A DNA stretch of 49,858 nucleotides, the filler included, from Sphacelaria rigidula (lineage: Eukaryota), in NCBI GenBank assembly GCA_964200075.2. It is 3 parts of 3 records of this genome, joined end to end, with 100 filler letters (N's around TTAATTAATTAA, not from the genome) between each part and the next. Parts side by side here need not be neighbours in the genome. Positions count along the whole stretch, not along the records: positions 33,309 to 49,858 come from CAXNAA020001317.1; 2 more parts are not named here. The stretch is one strand, 5' to 3'. Numbering within the stretch: position 1 is the first letter of the stretch; every line of letters starts with the position of its first letter. The position numbers and the translations under genes were made by a program. This document shows positions 48,656 through 49,858 of this stretch, piece by piece. Below the pieces are notes generated by a model. The model was not told where the DNA came from and searched no databases. It worked only from the letters and a program-made list of their open reading frames with translations.

Positions 48656-49218
48656 TGAGATATCCTCAATCATGGGGAGTGCCTGAATCGCCAAAATACG
48701 TTTTTTTTCAAGAGTTAGCCCCATTGCTATCGACATTATTTCTTCGGACTTTTCGGACTCTGCGTTTGAATTTCTCCGAACTCGGAGCGGCTTGATTTTG
48801 GGCAATCTACAAGAGAGGTTTCACCCTGGTACTTTTGGAACAAAAAAGGGTAACGCTTTCTTCGCTTCAGGGCGCGGCGCTGAACGCGGGCTGAACACCT
48901 CGAAAACACGTTCCAGCACCTCAGCCCCACGCCCAAGGTGTCCGGACAGCACACCCGTCCATTTTGTTTCATTTTCACAAGTGTTACTGGGCTGAACTAC
49001 TACGGCGCCGAAAATGAGAGCCTGTGAGAGTACCCTTTTTGTCAGCAAACCAGGAGGGTACACCCTGCCCTCTGCTAAAAAGTTATGTTTACCCTTTTTT
49101 GCTTTCCTGTTGACCGTCTTTGGTGAAGTGGTGACCCATTTTTGTGAAGTGGTGACCATACCGCCGTCTCAGCACAAGTTACGCCGAGCAGTCACAACCA
49201 TAGCCATTTTCGGTAAAA

Positions 49219-49858
49219 TTACACCCCACCAAACTGACCAGAGTCTTCATTGTCTGCAGCAGGCATGGTTTGGATATGCCATAGTTTCTCAACATCCATC
49301 TTCAAGCATTCACGCTTAATCGCGGCGACACGAGGTGCTTCTCTACGAGTATCAGCAGCGGCTTTGTCAGCGGCAGCTTGTTGTTTAGCGGCGGCGGCGG
49401 TAGCTAAGGACCGAGCCGAGGTAGACGACAATGGGCGAGCCGAATTGCCACTATCACTATCAGTAAGGCCTAGAATGCGAGTAGATGCGTCAGCTAAAGG
49501 AGGCGTCATTTGCCTGACGGTCGATGAGGGCCGGTCGTACCGCGTTGAAGCGTGGTGGCGGTGTCGGGCAGTCGATAAACCCGAAGACTGGTTGTCGGCC
49601 TGTTCGTGGGTGCCTCGGGTCGATCGTCGATTGCTGTTGTTGGTGCGCTGGGTCCCGTGCCCACGGCTTGGTGCAGCCCCTGAAGGGTCGTCGTCAGAGT
49701 CGCCATCATCACGACGATAAACAAAAGTTTCGTGAAATTGAGAGTCTATGACACGATTGAGAGTAGGCTTTTCATGGCTTTCAGCGGCCGGTTGTGATTG
49801 CATCAGTAATGGACAAAACGCTTACCTCGCACATTGGTGCAAAATCCTGCCGGCAAAC
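49219..49858 (-). CDS. Possible 3' part of an unknown gene entering from the window edge (low-complexity Ser/Arg/Ala-rich)
   Basis: A 194-codon open frame contains AAAAKQQAAADKAAAD, with a GTAAG donor near 49824. No family recognised. Confidence 0.25.

Overview
This is eukaryotic nuclear DNA with GT-AG introns and N-gaps. It most likely comes from a stramenopile alga, probably a brown alga; I infer this from gene content, long introns, a bipartite plastid leader and repeat types. Three host genes can be assembled by hand: a sulfotransferase-like gene (3' exons, + strand), an o-succinylbenzoate-CoA ligase (MenE/AAE14)-like gene (- strand, 5' exons unresolved, C-terminal ASL), and a complete 4-exon TyrP/Mtr-family aromatic amino-acid permease (35262-46042) with a predicted plastid leader. 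Most of the rest is transposon-derived. Two intron-rich DUF7869/Sola-like DDD transposase pseudogenes sit head-to-head (about 20.3-26.3 kb on -, 27.9-33.1 kb on +) with the same intron positions and a C-terminal Tudor/BAH-like barrel. A 4.46-kb TIR element (36534-40994) carries 42-bp arrays in the same orientation at both ends and a nested piggyBac-like element. There are also several fold-back MITEs, SINE/LINE ends and four decayed Ty1/copia remnants. There is no CRISPR array and no rRNA. All family assignments come from motif recognition only; no database search was run.
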